A stretch of 61,750 bases of DNA, the filler included, from Chthonomonadaceae bacterium (GTDB lineage: Bacteria; Armatimonadota; Chthonomonadetes; Chthonomonadales; Chthonomonadaceae): assembly GCA_035650735.1 (NCBI GenBank). It is 3 parts of 3 records of this genome, joined end to end, with 100 filler letters (N's around TTAATTAATTAA, not from the genome) between each part and the next. Parts side by side here need not be neighbours in the genome. Positions count along the whole stretch, not along the records: positions 1 to 30,830 come from DASRGZ010000066.1; 2 more parts are not named here. One strand, 5' to 3'. The number at the start of each line of letters is the position of its first letter. Within the stretch, counting starts at the first letter, position 1. The notes under the pieces are model-generated. The model was not told the DNA's origin. It saw nothing but the letters and a program-made list of their open reading frames with translations, and made no database searches. Made by a program: the position numbers and the translations under genes. Of this stretch, positions 8,652 to 19,472 are shown one piece after another.

Positions 8652-10388
8652 CTATCCGCCTGGTCGCGAAGTCTTCTCGATCTTGGCCCAGGTGTCGCGG
8701 AGGGTGACGGTCCGATTGAAAACCGGCTTGTCGGGCGCGGAGTCCGTGTCTACACAGAAATACCCCAATCGCTCGAACTGGTAGCGCGTTCCGGGCGCGG
8801 CGGTCGCGATGCTCGGCTCAACGAAGCCGGATACTACGCGCAGCGAGTCTGGATTGAGGTTATCAAGGTAGGTCTGTCCGGGCTCCACGTCGTCCGGGTC
8901 GGGCTTCAGGAACAGATGCTCGTAGACTCGGATTTCGGCCCGGACCGCCGTCGGCGCCGCGACCCAATGCAGGGTGGCTTTCACTTTCCGACCGTCCGGC
9001 GCATCACCGCCCCGCGTCTGGGGGTCGTAGGTGCAGCGTAGCTCGGTCACAGCGCCGCTTGCGTCCTTCACTACCTCCACGCATTTGATGAAGTAGGCGT
9101 TTCGCAGCCGCACCTCACGGCCGGGCGCCAACCGGTAGAACTTGGGCGGCGGGTCCTCCCGGAAGTCGTCGCGCTCGATGTAGAGCTCCCGGGCGAAGGG
9201 GACTTTGCGCGTCCCGGCATCCGGGTCTTCCGGGTTATTGATGACGTCCAATTCCTCCGTCTCACCCTCCGGATAGTTGACCAGCACCACCTTCAGCGGG
9301 TCCAGCACGGCCATGGCGCGGGGGGAGTGCCGGTTCAAGTCCTCCCGTATACAGTCCTCCAGGATCGCGATATCCACAAAGCTGTCGGTCTTGGCGATCC
9401 CGATCCGGCGGCAGAACTCCCGAATAGCCTCAGGCGTGACGCCGCGCCGCCGCAGCCCCGAAAGCGTCGGAAGCCTCGGATCGTCGTAGCCCTGCACATA
9501 GCCCCCGTTCACCAGCTCAATGAACCGGCGCTTGCTCAGCACCGTGTAGTACAGGTTCAGCCGGGCGAACTCAATCTGGCGTGGATGATAGATGCCCAGC
9601 TCTTCTAGGAACCAGTTGTAGAGCGGGCGGTGGATTTCGTACTCCTGCGAGCAGAGGGAATGGGTGATGCCCTCGATGGAGTCTCCCTGACCGTGCGCCC
9701 AGTCATAGGTGGGATAGATGCACCACTTGTTGCCCTGGCGGTGATGCTCGGCGTGGATGATTCGGTACATGATCGGGTCGCGCATGATAATGTTGGGCGA
9801 GGCCATGTCGATCTTGGCGCGCAGCGTCCTGGCGCCATCGGGGAACTCGCCGGCACGCATGCGGGCGAAGAGGTCCAGGTTCTCCTCCACGCTCCGGTTC
9901 CGGTAGGGACTTTCCGTGCCGGGCGTGGTGAGCGTCCCACGAGTGGCGCTTACCTCCTCCGCCGACAGGTCGCACACGTAGGCTTTGCCCTTGCGGATCA
10001 ACTCGACCGCCCACGCGTATAACTGCTCGAAGTAGTCCGAGGCGAAATAGAGCCGATCCCCCCAGTCGGCGCCGAGCCAGCGAACGTCCTCGATAATGGC
10101 GTCTACGAACTCCTTCTCCTCGCGCAGAGGGTTCGTGTCGTCGAAGCGCAGGTTGAACAGGCCGCCGAAGTCAACGGCGATGCCGTAGTCTATCCACACG
10201 GCCTTCGCATGTCCAATGTGGAGGTAAGCGTTTGGCTCCGGAGGGAACCGCGTGTGGACGTGGTCGAACTTCCCGGTACGCAGATCCTCCTTGATCGCTT
10301 CGCGGATGTAGTCGGTCTGCATTTCACGCGTTTCCGTCTTTGGTTCCGGCTGCGTCGCGCTTGCTACTGTCTCTTGTGCTTGGCCCAT
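8652..10388 (-). CDS. glnS: Glutamine--tRNA ligase
   Basis: [17 protein letters not shown] (HIGH), [48 protein letters not shown]. Confidence 0.97.
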   Translation of the reverse strand: MGQAQETVASATQPEPKTETREMQTDYIREAIKEDLRTGKFDHVHTRFPPEPNAYLHIGHAKAVWIDYGIAVDFGGLFNLRFDDTNPLREEKEFVDAIIEDVRWLGADWGDRLYFASDYFEQLYAWAVELIRKGKAYVCDLSAEEVSATRGTLTTPGTESPYRNRSVEENLDLFARMRAGEFPDGARTLRAKIDMASPNIIMRDPIMYRIIHAEHHRQGNKWCIYPTYDWAHGQGDSIEGITHSLCSQEYEIHRPLYNWFLEELGIYHPRQIEFARLNLYYTVLSKRRFIELVNGGYVQGYDDPRLPTLSGLRRRGVTPEAIREFCRRIGIAKTDSFVDIAILEDCIREDLNRHSPRAMAVLDPLKVVLVNYPEGETEELDVINNPEDPDAGTRKVPFARELYIERDDFREDPPPKFYRLAPGREVRLRNAYFIKCVEVVKDASGAVTELRCTYDPQTRGGDAPDGRKVKATLHWVAAPTAVRAEIRVYEHLFLKPDPDDVEPGQTYLDNLNPDSLRVVSGFVEPSIATAAPGTRYQFERLGYFCVDTDSAPDKPVFNRTVTLRDTWAKIEKTSRPGG

Positions 10389-10637
10389 AATCCTCTCGCT
10401 TGCTCCCGCCCTCGCTGGCGGCGTTGGCGTCTTCGCGCCGCCGGTGATCCCTGGTACGCCCCGGGTCTGTGGCCCGGTCGTAGGGTGTCAACAGAGATAT
10501 GCCGCCCATAGATCCGCGTGAGCCCCGGTATTGGTGTTGTTTTCTGCTCCTTCTTATACGTAAAAGCCGCGTTTTCCTGCGCATCTATCGCGTAGTCCCG
10601 GGTCCTTCCGTGTTCCGGCATAGACGGGATAGAAGCC

Positions 10638-10750
10638 GCTGCAATGATGCGTGCGCAGTTGTCACGGCCACTTCTCCCAGAGAGCGCTGGGGATTTCATC
10701 CAATTGAAAGATGCTGCAATGGTGCGTGCGCAGTTGTCACGGCTACTTCT
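10638..10750. repeat. 38-bp direct repeat pair separated by a 37-bp insert
   Basis: GCTGCAATGATGCGTGCGCAGTTGTCACGGCCACTTCT (10638-10675) and GCTGCAATGGTGCGTGCGCAGTTGTCACGGCTACTTCT (10713-10750), 2 mismatches. Confidence 0.9.
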
Positions 10751-11066
10751 GAAAGACTTCCTTCGCGACCATGATGGCGGACATCGCCTTCGGCCACCCG
10801 GAATAGAAGGCCAGGTGGGTGATGACCTCGACGAGCTCGGTCTCCGAGAGGCCGTTCTCCCTGGCCTTGTTGAGGTGGAACGGGAGCTGCTCGGTGTTTC
10901 CGCCGGCAATGAGCGCGGCGACGGTGATGAGGCTGCGGTCGCGCGGGGCGAGTTCCTCACGCGCCCATACGTCCCCGAATAGGACGCCATCCGTCAGTTG
11001 GACAAGTTTGGGCGCGAAAGCGCCGATCATTTTCTGCGCGCTCGATTGTTCCTTTGGTTCGGACAT
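10743..11066 (-). CDS. Carboxymuconolactone decarboxylase family protein
   Basis: LFGDVWAREELAPRDRSLITVAALIA...EVITHLAFYSGWPKA. Confidence 0.93.
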   Translation of the reverse strand: MSEPKEQSSAQKMIGAFAPKLVQLTDGVLFGDVWAREELAPRDRSLITVAALIAGGNTEQLPFHLNKARENGLSETELVEVITHLAFYSGWPKAMSAIMVAKEVFQK

Positions 11067-11118
11067 TCCGTATCTCCTTTGCTCTTAAGTTTGGCGGTCA
11101 GGACCAGTCGCCGTTTAT

Positions 11119-12102
11119 TTACTGATGCCCGACGATGGGATGAGGCACATACGGCGCTTCCAGATAGGCGACCTCTTCCTGGGTCAGTTTCACAGACAGA
11201 GCGCCGACGGCCTCTTCCAGATGCGTGATCTTCGTCGCCCCGATGATGGGCGCCGTCACCGGCTGCTTCTGTAACAGCCAGGCAAGCGCGATATGCACGC
11301 GCGGAACCCCATGCTTTTCGGCGATCTCCGCAACCCGCTCCACGACCCGTCGGTCCGTTTCGGCGGTCGCATCGTATTTGCTTTTGGCAATTTGATCCGT
11401 TTGGGCGCGCAGCGTGCTCTCTGGTGACCAGTCACGGGTTAGTCTTCCAGAGGCGAGCGGGCTATAGGGGATCACCCCGATCTTCTCCTCGCGGCACACC
11501 GCCAGCATCTCGCGCTCCTCTTCGCGGTAGATCAGGTTTAGATGATCCTGCATGGATACGAAGCGGGTCCACCCATGCTTCTCGGCGACGTAGAGCGCCT
11601 TCTGAAACTGCCAGGCCCACATCGCCGAAGCGCCAATGTAGCGGGCCTTGCCCGCCCTCACCACATCATGCAGCGCTTCCATCGTCTCCTCGATAGGGGT
11701 CTGGTAATCCCAGCGATGGATCTGGTAGAGGTCTACATAATCTGTCTCAAGGCGCTTTAAGCTGTGGTCAATCTCGCTCAGGATGGCCTTGCGCGATAGT
11801 CCCGCGCCATTCGGCCCCTCGCGCATTTTGCCGAAGACCTTCGTGGCGATCACGACCTCATCCCGATTGGCAGACTCCTTCAGAGCGCGCCCAAGGATTT
11901 CCTCACTCTTGCCGAGGGAATAGACATTGGCGGTATCGAAGAAATTGATCCCAAGCTCCAGGGCTTTCTGGATGATGGGCCGACTATCTTCTTCGTTCAG
12001 CACCCATTTGTGTATCCAACGCTCCGCATCCCCGAACCCCATGCAACCGAGGCAGATGCGCGACACATCCATTCCCGTGTTTCCCAGCTTCGCGTATTCC
12101 AT
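11119..12102 (-). CDS. Aldo/keto reductase
   Basis: VSRICLGCM, GINFFDTANVY, VVIATK, DLYQIHRWD, IPYSPLASG. Confidence 0.95.
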   Translation of the reverse strand: MEYAKLGNTGMDVSRICLGCMGFGDAERWIHKWVLNEEDSRPIIQKALELGINFFDTANVYSLGKSEEILGRALKESANRDEVVIATKVFGKMREGPNGAGLSRKAILSEIDHSLKRLETDYVDLYQIHRWDYQTPIEETMEALHDVVRAGKARYIGASAMWAWQFQKALYVAEKHGWTRFVSMQDHLNLIYREEEREMLAVCREEKIGVIPYSPLASGRLTRDWSPESTLRAQTDQIAKSKYDATAETDRRVVERVAEIAEKHGVPRVHIALAWLLQKQPVTAPIIGATKITHLEEAVGALSVKLTQEEVAYLEAPYVPHPIVGHQ

Positions 12103-12229
12103 CCGCTCTCTCCTTCTGTCATCTGAGTTAACCCGTCCATTACGCCACTCGCTAGCTTTGCCAACGTTCAGGCGTTGGTCGCGCGCGGCATGATCTTGAC
12201 GGTTGCGGAGCGGGCGCAGGCGCTCCTCC

Positions 12230-13252
12230 TTACGGGCGAAGCAATGCCTTAATCGCGCGGCGCTCGTCCATCGCGCGATACGCTTCTGCCACTTGGTCCA
12301 GTGGAAGCGTCAGGTCAAAGACCTTGCCGGGGTTGACCTGACGCTTCCACACGAGGTCTATCAGCTCGGGCAGGTAGCGGCGCACCGGTGCAGGGCCGCC
12401 CAGCAGGTGAACCTCGGCGAAGAACAACTCCTCACCGGGCAACTGCACGCCGTGGGAGACCCCGACGAAACCGATGTGCCCGCCGGGACGGGTGGAACGG
12501 ATGGACTGCATCATCGCTTCCTGGGTGCCGACGGCCTCAATCACGGAGTGCGCGCCCAGTCCGTCGGTCATGTCCTTGATGCGCGCTACGCCCTTATCAC
12601 CGCGCTCCGTCACGATGTCGGTTGCGCCAAACTCAAGAGCGAGTTTCTGCCGCGTCTCGTGATGGCTCATCATAATGATGCGCTCGGCGCCCATCTGCCT
12701 GGCCGCGATCACCCCACACAGGCCGACGGCGCCATCTCCCACGACCACGACCGTCTTGCCCGGCTGCACGTCGGCCGCGTCGGCGGCAAACCAGCCGGTG
12801 CCGAAGACATCGGAGGTTGCCAGCAGGCTCGGGATCAGGTCATCGGACGGGATGTCTGGGGTAGCGACCAGCGTGCCGTCGGCAAGCGGGACGCGCAGCC
12901 AGGGAGCCTGCGCGCCCTCCGCTCCCATGAGCCGGGCGTCTACGCACCGACTCTGATAACCGGCCTGGCAAATGGGGCAGGTGTTATCGGAGGCGAAAAA
13001 CGAGCCGACGACGAACTGGCCGGGTTTGATGTTCCTGACCGCGCTGCCGACCTCTTCGACGATGCCGCAGTATTCGTGCCCCATCGGGGTCGGGTAGGCG
13101 GGCGCGTCAATGCCGCGATAAGGCCACAGGTCGGACCCGCACACGCAAGTGGCCGAAAGCTTGAGGATAGCATCTGTTGGCTCGATGATTTTAGGGTCCG
13201 GGCGCTCCTCGAAACGCACGTCGCGCGGGCCGTAGAGAATAGCTCCTCGCAT
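12230..13252 (-). CDS. Zinc-dependent alcohol dehydrogenase family protein
   Basis: CVCGSDLW, MGHEYCG, VVGDGAVG; start placed at MRGAILYGP after a GGAG RBS. Confidence 0.93.
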   Translation of the reverse strand: MRGAILYGPRDVRFEERPDPKIIEPTDAILKLSATCVCGSDLWPYRGIDAPAYPTPMGHEYCGIVEEVGSAVRNIKPGQFVVGSFFASDNTCPICQAGYQSRCVDARLMGAEGAQAPWLRVPLADGTLVATPDIPSDDLIPSLLATSDVFGTGWFAADAADVQPGKTVVVVGDGAVGLCGVIAARQMGAERIIMMSHHETRQKLALEFGATDIVTERGDKGVARIKDMTDGLGAHSVIEAVGTQEAMMQSIRSTRPGGHIGFVGVSHGVQLPGEELFFAEVHLLGGPAPVRRYLPELIDLVWKRQVNPGKVFDLTLPLDQVAEAYRAMDERRAIKALLRP

Positions 13253-13478
13253 GGTTGTATCTCCTTGTCTTTCCTGGAACCTTCCAGTTTCTGTGCCCTC
13301 GTTCTCTTTCCCTCGAAAACGGACGCTCACTTGAACGGAAGTCTAAGAGACTTATTTGCAGTTAACGTTATCCTTCTCTATTTTCAGGGTATTCTACGTT
13401 GTGAGCAGCGCAAGGTGGTATAACGATAGTCGAGGATTATTGAACTATCCTGCAAATCTGAGGGAGGGCAGAAGCAGC

Positions 13479-14432
13479 ATGAACGAGGAAGCCCGTAGGG
13501 AAGCAGTAACAGAGCGGGAGGCGCAGAGGACGCAAGCTAACCGGGAGGAACTGGTCGAGCGTATCGCGCAGGCTGTCCCGGAAGATGGGGTGGTTGAGCC
13601 GATGAAGGGGCTTTTTCTGCGCCGCTCCTCTGCGCCTACAAAGCCGGTTCACGGGGTAGCAGCCCCGGCCTTTTGCGTCATCGCGCAGGGGAATAAGGAG
13701 ATCGTTGTCGGGGAGACCCGCTACCGCTACGACCCCGCCCACTACCTCCTTAACACGGTCGAGTTGCCCGTGGTGAGCCAGGTGGTCGAGGCGTCCAGGG
13801 AGCAGCCGTACCTGAGTCTGCGCTTCAACCTGGACCCCGTCCTCGTCGGCTCGGTCCTGGTCGAGGCCGGGCAGCCTACCCCGCGCGGTAACGCCGACGT
13901 AAGGGCCATCAACGTTAGCGCCTTAGATGCCGGGCTGCTCGACGCCACCGTCCGGCTCGTTCGGCTCCTGGACGTCCCTGAGGAGGCGCGGGTGCTCGCC
14001 CCACTGGTCACCCGGGAAATTGTCTTCCGGTTGCTGATGGGCGAGCAGGGCGGGAGGCTGCGCCACCTCGTGGCTCAGGGCGGTTACGCCGACCGCATCG
14101 CCAGGGCCGTAGAGCGGATTCGCAACGACTTCGACAAGCCACTGCGGATTGACGACCTCGCGCGGGAACTGGGGATGAGCGCCTCGGGCTTGCACCACCA
14201 GTTCAAGGCCGTGACTGCCCTGACCCCCTTGCAGTTCCAGAAGCAGCTTCGGCTTCAGGAGGCCCGCCGTCTCATGCTGGGTGAGGACCTCGACGCCGCG
14301 AGCGCTGGCTACCGTGTGGGCTACGACGACGCCGCACACTTCAATCGGGAGTACAAGCGGCTCTTCGGTATGCCGCCCATGCGCGATGTGGGACGGTTGC
14401 GGGAGGCCGCCAGAGCGAGCGCGGGTCCGTAG
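13479..14432 (+). CDS. AraC family transcriptional regulator (AraC_N/YqhC-like), divergent from the oxidoreductase operon
   Basis: CVIAQGNKEI...LPVVSQVVEAS...PYL N-domain; C-terminal double HTH (TPLQFQKQLRLQEARRLM, VGYDDAAHFNREYKRLFG). Confidence 0.95.
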   Translation: MNEEARREAVTEREAQRTQANREELVERIAQAVPEDGVVEPMKGLFLRRSSAPTKPVHGVAAPAFCVIAQGNKEIVVGETRYRYDPAHYLLNTVELPVVSQVVEASREQPYLSLRFNLDPVLVGSVLVEAGQPTPRGNADVRAINVSALDAGLLDATVRLVRLLDVPEEARVLAPLVTREIVFRLLMGEQGGRLRHLVAQGGYADRIARAVERIRNDFDKPLRIDDLARELGMSASGLHHQFKAVTALTPLQFQKQLRLQEARRLMLGEDLDAASAGYRVGYDDAAHFNREYKRLFGMPPMRDVGRLREAARASAGP

Positions 14433-14514
14433 AAATACTACCAATGAGGCACGATGGTCGCGGAGAACGTGGTTTCTAATAACTTACGCAGGTTCCGAAA
14501 GGGTGCCCGCTTCA

Positions 14515-15429
14515 TCAGACGTTGAGGGTCCTGAGAAACGCGACGCTCTGCTGCGTGAGCTCCCAGTTCTGCTCGACGAAATAGTTCTTCACGCCGCCTA
14601 CCTTCGCTGCCTTGAACGTCTTCACCCAATCGATGGAGCCTCGACCGAGCGCAACCTGCGGATACCTTGACCGGCGTCTGCGCGCGGGCGCGCTCTCTGC
14701 CGACGGTTCCGCAGCCTGGGCGCTCATGTCCACATCCTGTAGATGCATCGAGAAGAAGCGACCAGGATACTTAAGAAAGTAGTCGGCTGCGACAAACCCG
14801 GCGGTGATCGTTGACATCTGAAACTGGAGCTTCACCAGCTTCGGATCGAGCAGGTCGAGCAACAGGTCGTAGGTCCGCTTACCCTCGACCATCGAGGTCT
14901 CGAAGCCTTCGTTGTGCAGCCCCTGTTGCATACCGGCCTTCGCGGCAACAGCGGCGATCTGATTATATTCGTCTGCTGCCCTCTTTACCTGGTCGAGCGT
15001 CGGGTGGTTTCCTCCGTTCCCATCGCCCAGGCTGGCGGTGATCATCTGCGTGATCCCGACCTCTTTGGCCCATTCGATGCTCTTCTGTTGGCTGTGCCGC
15101 AACTCATTCATGGTGAAGTGAGAGCTTTCGGATTTCATGCCGTGATCGGCCAGAACCTTCCTGACTTCGCTCCCATTGGCCAGCGAGGCGAATTCCTCTC
15201 CGTAACCGATCGGTGAGCAGAGCTCGAGCCGTGTCACGCCTATCTCGGCCATCCTCTGGACATACGCCGGGAAGTCCTTAAGCATCGAACGGGTGGGCCA
15301 GACCTGACAGCCGATCGGCAGACCGAGCGGATTACCTTTCGCCTCCAGGGAACTCGCGACGAAAAGCGCGAGCGCACCGGAACGGACGGTGGCCCTTTCG
15401 ATAAACTCTCTTCTCGACATCCGACCCAT
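14515..15429 (-). CDS. Tat-exported sugar phosphate isomerase/epimerase (TIM barrel)
   Basis: SRREFI twin-arginine motif; LHNEGFE, MHLQD, YFVEQ. Confidence 0.85.
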   Translation of the reverse strand: MGRMSRREFIERATVRSGALALFVASSLEAKGNPLGLPIGCQVWPTRSMLKDFPAYVQRMAEIGVTRLELCSPIGYGEEFASLANGSEVRKVLADHGMKSESSHFTMNELRHSQQKSIEWAKEVGITQMITASLGDGNGGNHPTLDQVKRAADEYNQIAAVAAKAGMQQGLHNEGFETSMVEGKRTYDLLLDLLDPKLVKLQFQMSTITAGFVAADYFLKYPGRFFSMHLQDVDMSAQAAEPSAESAPARRRRSRYPQVALGRGSIDWVKTFKAAKVGGVKNYFVEQNWELTQQSVAFLRTLNV

Positions 15430-15444
15430 GTGCCTCGCCCTTTC

Positions 15445-17040
15445 CTATATTTCCCAGCCCGGACGATACTCGCGCGTCAGGAGCTCGTTCGCCTCAGGGA
15501 CGTTGGTGATCTTCGCGGCGGCAGCATCCCAGAGCAGCCGTCGGCCGCCCAGCCGCAGGGAGATGGCGGCCAGGTTCACGGCATCGCTGATCGGGCCTGC
15601 GAGCAGGAAATCGCCATAGCTGCGCGGCCCTCCTTTGAAGGCTGCGATCCAGGCGGCATCGCGCGCTGTTCGTCCGCCTCCCTGCCTGTCGCCGGGGCGG
15701 CGGGGAGCCGGTTCGGGCAAGTTGTTCGCCGCGCGATAGGCGCGCATTCTCGCTTCGGGAATCAGCCGTGCATTTTCGCCGCGGAAGCCGGCCAGTATCT
15801 TCCCCTTGTCGCCAACGAACAGCATCCCCTCCTCGTCCAGTTCCTTGTTCTCGGCCATGAGCTCCTCGGGGACGGCTGGCTTGATGCCGCCGTCATACCA
15901 GAAGATGTCCAGGGCGGCGCGTTCTCCCTTAGAGGCGAATCGCATCCGAACCGTGCAGGCGGCAGGGAAGGAGTAGTCGTTCTCGATACGCAGGCAGACA
16001 TGATCCGCTACCGTACAGACGTGGCTGGGGGTCGATTCGACACTGATTGGGGAGTCCAGGTCGAGGAGTTGGAAGATCGGCCACAGGCTGTAGTGTCCCA
16101 TGTCGGCAATGGACCCACCGCCAAACTCGTACCAGCCGCGGAAATTGGTATGCGTGTAGTTGGGGTGATACGGGCGATCCCGCGAGGGGCCGAGCCAGAG
16201 GGTCCAGTCGAAACCCGGCGGTATAGGAGGCCGCTCCGTCGGGAGTGTCGGAAATTGAGGCCACATCGGTCGCATAGACCAGTTGTGGATCGCACGAAGC
16301 GTCCCGATGGCGCCGTTCTTGACCATCTCCAGCGCCTGCTTCTGACTGATGCCTTCACTGGCCGGCAGGAAGTGCGTCGCGATCTGCTTCGCGCGGGCCG
16401 TCTCGATGACGGCCCTGGCCTCCAGCAGACGATTTGCCAGAGGTTTGTGTACGACCACGTTCATGCCTTTCTTAAGGGCCGCAAGGGAGATGGTCGCGTG
16501 GGTGTGATCCGGCGTCATCACCTTCACCGCGGTCACATCCTTCTCTTTCTCTAGCAGCTCGCGGAAGTCCGCATACGTGGAACATCCCTTGAAATTCTCC
16601 CTGCCGCGCTGCTTGGCGTAGTAGGCTTCCACGACCTCCTTGCCGACGTCGCGACCGCCAGGGACACGGTTATCGCCCTCTCTCCAGGTCGGGTTCTGGA
16701 GGAGTCGTCGAATGCTGTCGCGGACCTCGCCTTTGCTCCACTCCAGGTAGTGGGAGCCGTCTTTCTCGACATCGCAGACGGCGACAATCTGGACGTCCGG
16801 GCTGGCGAGTATTCCCCCGATCTCCCGGATCGCCTGCGTGCCGAAGCCGATGCAGGCCAGAGAAATCTTCTCGCTAGGCGCGACGTATCCCGGCCCACCT
16901 AAGACGTGTCGCGGCACGATGGTGAAGGCCGTCGCGGCCGCACCGCTGGTGAGCATGAATTGGCGCCGTGAGAGGCTGCGCGGAGGAGACACGTTGCTCG
17001 TGTCGGCTGGGGTCGCAGGGGTGGGTTTTTTGGTGTTCAT
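15445..17040 (-). CDS. Tat-exported Gfo/Idh/MocA family oxidoreductase
   Basis: LSRRQFM, IVPRHVLGG, IGFGTQ, MTPDHTH, HKPLA, WLGP, GGSIADMGHY. Confidence 0.9.
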   Translation of the reverse strand: MNTKKPTPATPADTSNVSPPRSLSRRQFMLTSGAAATAFTIVPRHVLGGPGYVAPSEKISLACIGFGTQAIREIGGILASPDVQIVAVCDVEKDGSHYLEWSKGEVRDSIRRLLQNPTWREGDNRVPGGRDVGKEVVEAYYAKQRGRENFKGCSTYADFRELLEKEKDVTAVKVMTPDHTHATISLAALKKGMNVVVHKPLANRLLEARAVIETARAKQIATHFLPASEGISQKQALEMVKNGAIGTLRAIHNWSMRPMWPQFPTLPTERPPIPPGFDWTLWLGPSRDRPYHPNYTHTNFRGWYEFGGGSIADMGHYSLWPIFQLLDLDSPISVESTPSHVCTVADHVCLRIENDYSFPAACTVRMRFASKGERAALDIFWYDGGIKPAVPEELMAENKELDEEGMLFVGDKGKILAGFRGENARLIPEARMRAYRAANNLPEPAPRRPGDRQGGGRTARDAAWIAAFKGGPRSYGDFLLAGPISDAVNLAAISLRLGGRRLLWDAAAAKITNVPEANELLTREYRPGWEI

Positions 17041-17225
17041 TGTAGGCCCTCGCAAAACGCAACGAGATGTCGTGGCGCATTGGCGCTCGATGAAACGATG
17101 TGCCACTCATGCGCTTCTCGTTCTAGAGTTAAGGAAATAATTCCTCCGCGCCTGGTATTGATTTCACACGGTACAGAGCGGCGCTAACGCTCGAAGAGGT
17201 GTTGATGCGAACGCTTGAAATGGGA

Positions 17226-17256
17226 AGCCCGCTCGGTCAATGCAACCGAGCGGGCT
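17226..17256 (-). terminator. Stem-loop, probable terminator of the nusB-folD-hyi unit
   Basis: AGCCCGCTCGGT-7 nt-ACCGAGCGGGCT about 30 bp past the stop; weak U-tract. Confidence 0.55.
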
Positions 17257-17287
17257 AATAAAGGCCGATCGCCGGACGTTTGACGAA

Positions 17288-18046
17288 TCATACGCCGCAG
17301 ACCTTGTACGCGTGCTCTAGCGCCGCGAGGGGATCGCCCGTGGGCATAAACTCCTGACCGACGTAGCCCTCGTAATCGGTGGCGGCAATGGCGCGCATAA
17401 TGGCCGGGTAGTAGAGCTCCTGGGCTTCGCCCAACTCATTGCGCCCCGGGTTGCCCGCCGTGTGGAAATGGCCGATGTAGGCGATGTTGTCACGGATGGT
17501 CCGAATGACGTCGCCTTCCATGATCTGCATGTGGTAAATATCGTAGAGCAGCTTGACGCGCGGGGAGTTGACCGCCTGGCAGACGGCCACGCCCCAGGCC
17601 GTGCGATCACACTGGTAATCGGGATGATCCACACGGGAATTAAGCAGCTCCAGGGCCAGAGTCACCCCGGCCTCCTCAGCCGCCCTGGCGACGCGCCGCA
17701 GGCCCTCCGCCGTGATCTCGATGCCTTTGAGGTCGTCCAGGCCGTTGCGATTGCCGCTGAAGACGATCAGCACGGGAATATCCCACCGCTGCGCCAGCTC
17801 CAGGTTGGCCTGGATCTCCCGCTCGATGCGGTCGTGATTTTCGCGCCGGTTCAGGCCGTCGGTCAGGGAGCGGTGGCCGCCGGTGCTTACGATCCGCAGC
17901 CCGGCGTCGCGCACTTTTGGCCAGAGCTCCTGCGGGCACATCTCCACTCCCGCATAGCCGATGCGGGCGGCAGCGGCGATCAGGTCGTCCGGGGTGACTT
18001 TGTTGGCAAAGCACCACCACGCCAGCGATTGTTTAATCTTCCCCAT
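17288..18046 (-). CDS. Hydroxypyruvate isomerase family protein
   Basis: [45 protein letters not shown]. Confidence 0.92.
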   Translation of the reverse strand: MGKIKQSLAWWCFANKVTPDDLIAAAARIGYAGVEMCPQELWPKVRDAGLRIVSTGGHRSLTDGLNRRENHDRIEREIQANLELAQRWDIPVLIVFSGNRNGLDDLKGIEITAEGLRRVARAAEEAGVTLALELLNSRVDHPDYQCDRTAWGVAVCQAVNSPRVKLLYDIYHMQIMEGDVIRTIRDNIAYIGHFHTAGNPGRNELGEAQELYYPAIMRAIAATDYEGYVGQEFMPTGDPLAALEHAYKVCGV

Positions 18047-18131
18047 GATAGGCTCTCTTCTCCTTAGCTCTCTCTGCGCAGGGCACGCCACCGCACAGGA
18101 AAACGCCTCTCCCCTCTCCTTGAGACGAGGA

Positions 18132-19037
18132 TTATCCGATCTGGCCGTGCGCGGCGTGCAGGGTGTTGCGCAGCAGCATGGCGATAGTCATCGGGCCGAC
18201 GCCGCCGGGAACAGGCGTGATGTAGGAGGCTACCCGCGCTGCCGTTTCGAACTCCACATCCCCCACGTCGCCGGCACGGCCCTCCACCCGGTTGTAACCG
18301 GCGTCAATCACCACCGCGCCCGGCTTAATCATGTCGCCCTTGATGAGCTCGGCGCGGCCCACCGCCGCCACCAGAATATCGGCCCGGCGCGTGACCTCGG
18401 CCAGATTGGGCGTGCGCGAGTGGCAGATGGTGACGGTGGCGTTGCGGTTAAGCAGCAGCATCGCCACCGGCTTGCCCAGGATGATGCTGCGGCCCACCAC
18501 GACCGCCGACTTGCCTTCTATAGGCAGGCCATATCGGTCCATCAATTCGATGATGCCGGCAGGAGTGCAGGAGGGAAAGGCTGGCTCGCCGTTGATGAGT
18601 CCACCCAGGCTCATTCGGCTGATCCCGTCCACGTCTTTGGCGGGCGAGACGCGGTCCAGGACGGCGGGCTCATGGAGGTGCTTGGGCAGTGGGTGCTGCA
18701 CCAGGATGCCGCTGATGGCGGGGTCTGCATTCAGCCGCTCGACCAGTTCTTCCGCCTCCACCTGCGTCGCGTCCTGGCCCAGCCGATGGATAGAGGACTC
18801 CATGCCAACCCACTTGCACGCCTTCTGCTTCATGGCTACGTAGGTCTCGGAGGCCGGATTGTTGCCGATCAGGACGGCAGCCAGGTGCGGAGTCGGCCCG
18901 CCCGCCGCTTTGCGCTGCTTCACCCCCTCCGCGACCTCCGCGCGAATGGCCCGCGCCGTCGCCGTCCCGTCCAGCAAAAGGGCGCCGCCTTCGACGGCAT
19001 ATTTGTTCCCTTGTTCCTCGTTCTGCTGCCTGGTCAT
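18132..19037 (-). CDS. folD: Bifunctional methylenetetrahydrofolate dehydrogenase/cyclohydrolase
   Basis: [54 protein letters not shown]. Confidence 0.97.
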   Translation of the reverse strand: MTRQQNEEQGNKYAVEGGALLLDGTATARAIRAEVAEGVKQRKAAGGPTPHLAAVLIGNNPASETYVAMKQKACKWVGMESSIHRLGQDATQVEAEELVERLNADPAISGILVQHPLPKHLHEPAVLDRVSPAKDVDGISRMSLGGLINGEPAFPSCTPAGIIELMDRYGLPIEGKSAVVVGRSIILGKPVAMLLLNRNATVTICHSRTPNLAEVTRRADILVAAVGRAELIKGDMIKPGAVVIDAGYNRVEGRAGDVGDVEFETAARVASYITPVPGGVGPMTIAMLLRNTLHAAHGQIG

Positions 19038-19082
19038 AGATATAGATCCAACGCTCCTATCTCGTTTTCAAGCAGGAACCAA

Positions 19083-19447
19083 CCTAACCCCCCGTCCCCC
19101 TTCCCTCATAGGGAAGGGGGGACCCGGCTTCGCCTCTCCCGGCAGGCTAAACCCTGCCGCTGTGGGGCCTACGGCCCGCTGCCTGCCTGCGCAGGCAGCG
19201 GAAAATCCCGGCTTCTGCTCTCCCCTCCCCTGTTGTTGGGGATAGCCAGGCGGAGGGCTGTCGCAAGGCAGAGCCGTGTCGCAAGGTGTCGCTAGGCGGA
19301 GCCGGAGGCCGTAACTCCGGCGACCCTTGCAGTGGGCCGAACCATGGCAGGCCCGACCCTGGCAGTCCATTGTAGCCCCGACCCTGGCAGTGGGGACAGG
19401 GGGTGGGGACCTCCCCTCTCCTTCTCAAGGAGAGGGGCCGGGGGTGC
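19083..19447. repeat. Composite cluster of REP-like palindromes containing nested 43-bp hairpin elements
   Basis: CCCCCTTCCCT-cat-AGGGAAGGGGG; GGCAGGCTAAACCCTGCC unit; CCCCTCTCCTT-ctc-AAGGAGAGGGG; repeated GCNAGGCRGAG and CGACCCTKGCAGT motifs at 19245-19391. Confidence 0.85.
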
Positions 19448-19472
19448 GGGCCAGATCCGGGAGGTTCGCGGG

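Noticed and set aside
10389..10640. T-box riboswitch upstream of glnS
   Set aside because: No T-box consensus (AGGGTGGNACCGCG) or terminator found on the minus strand.
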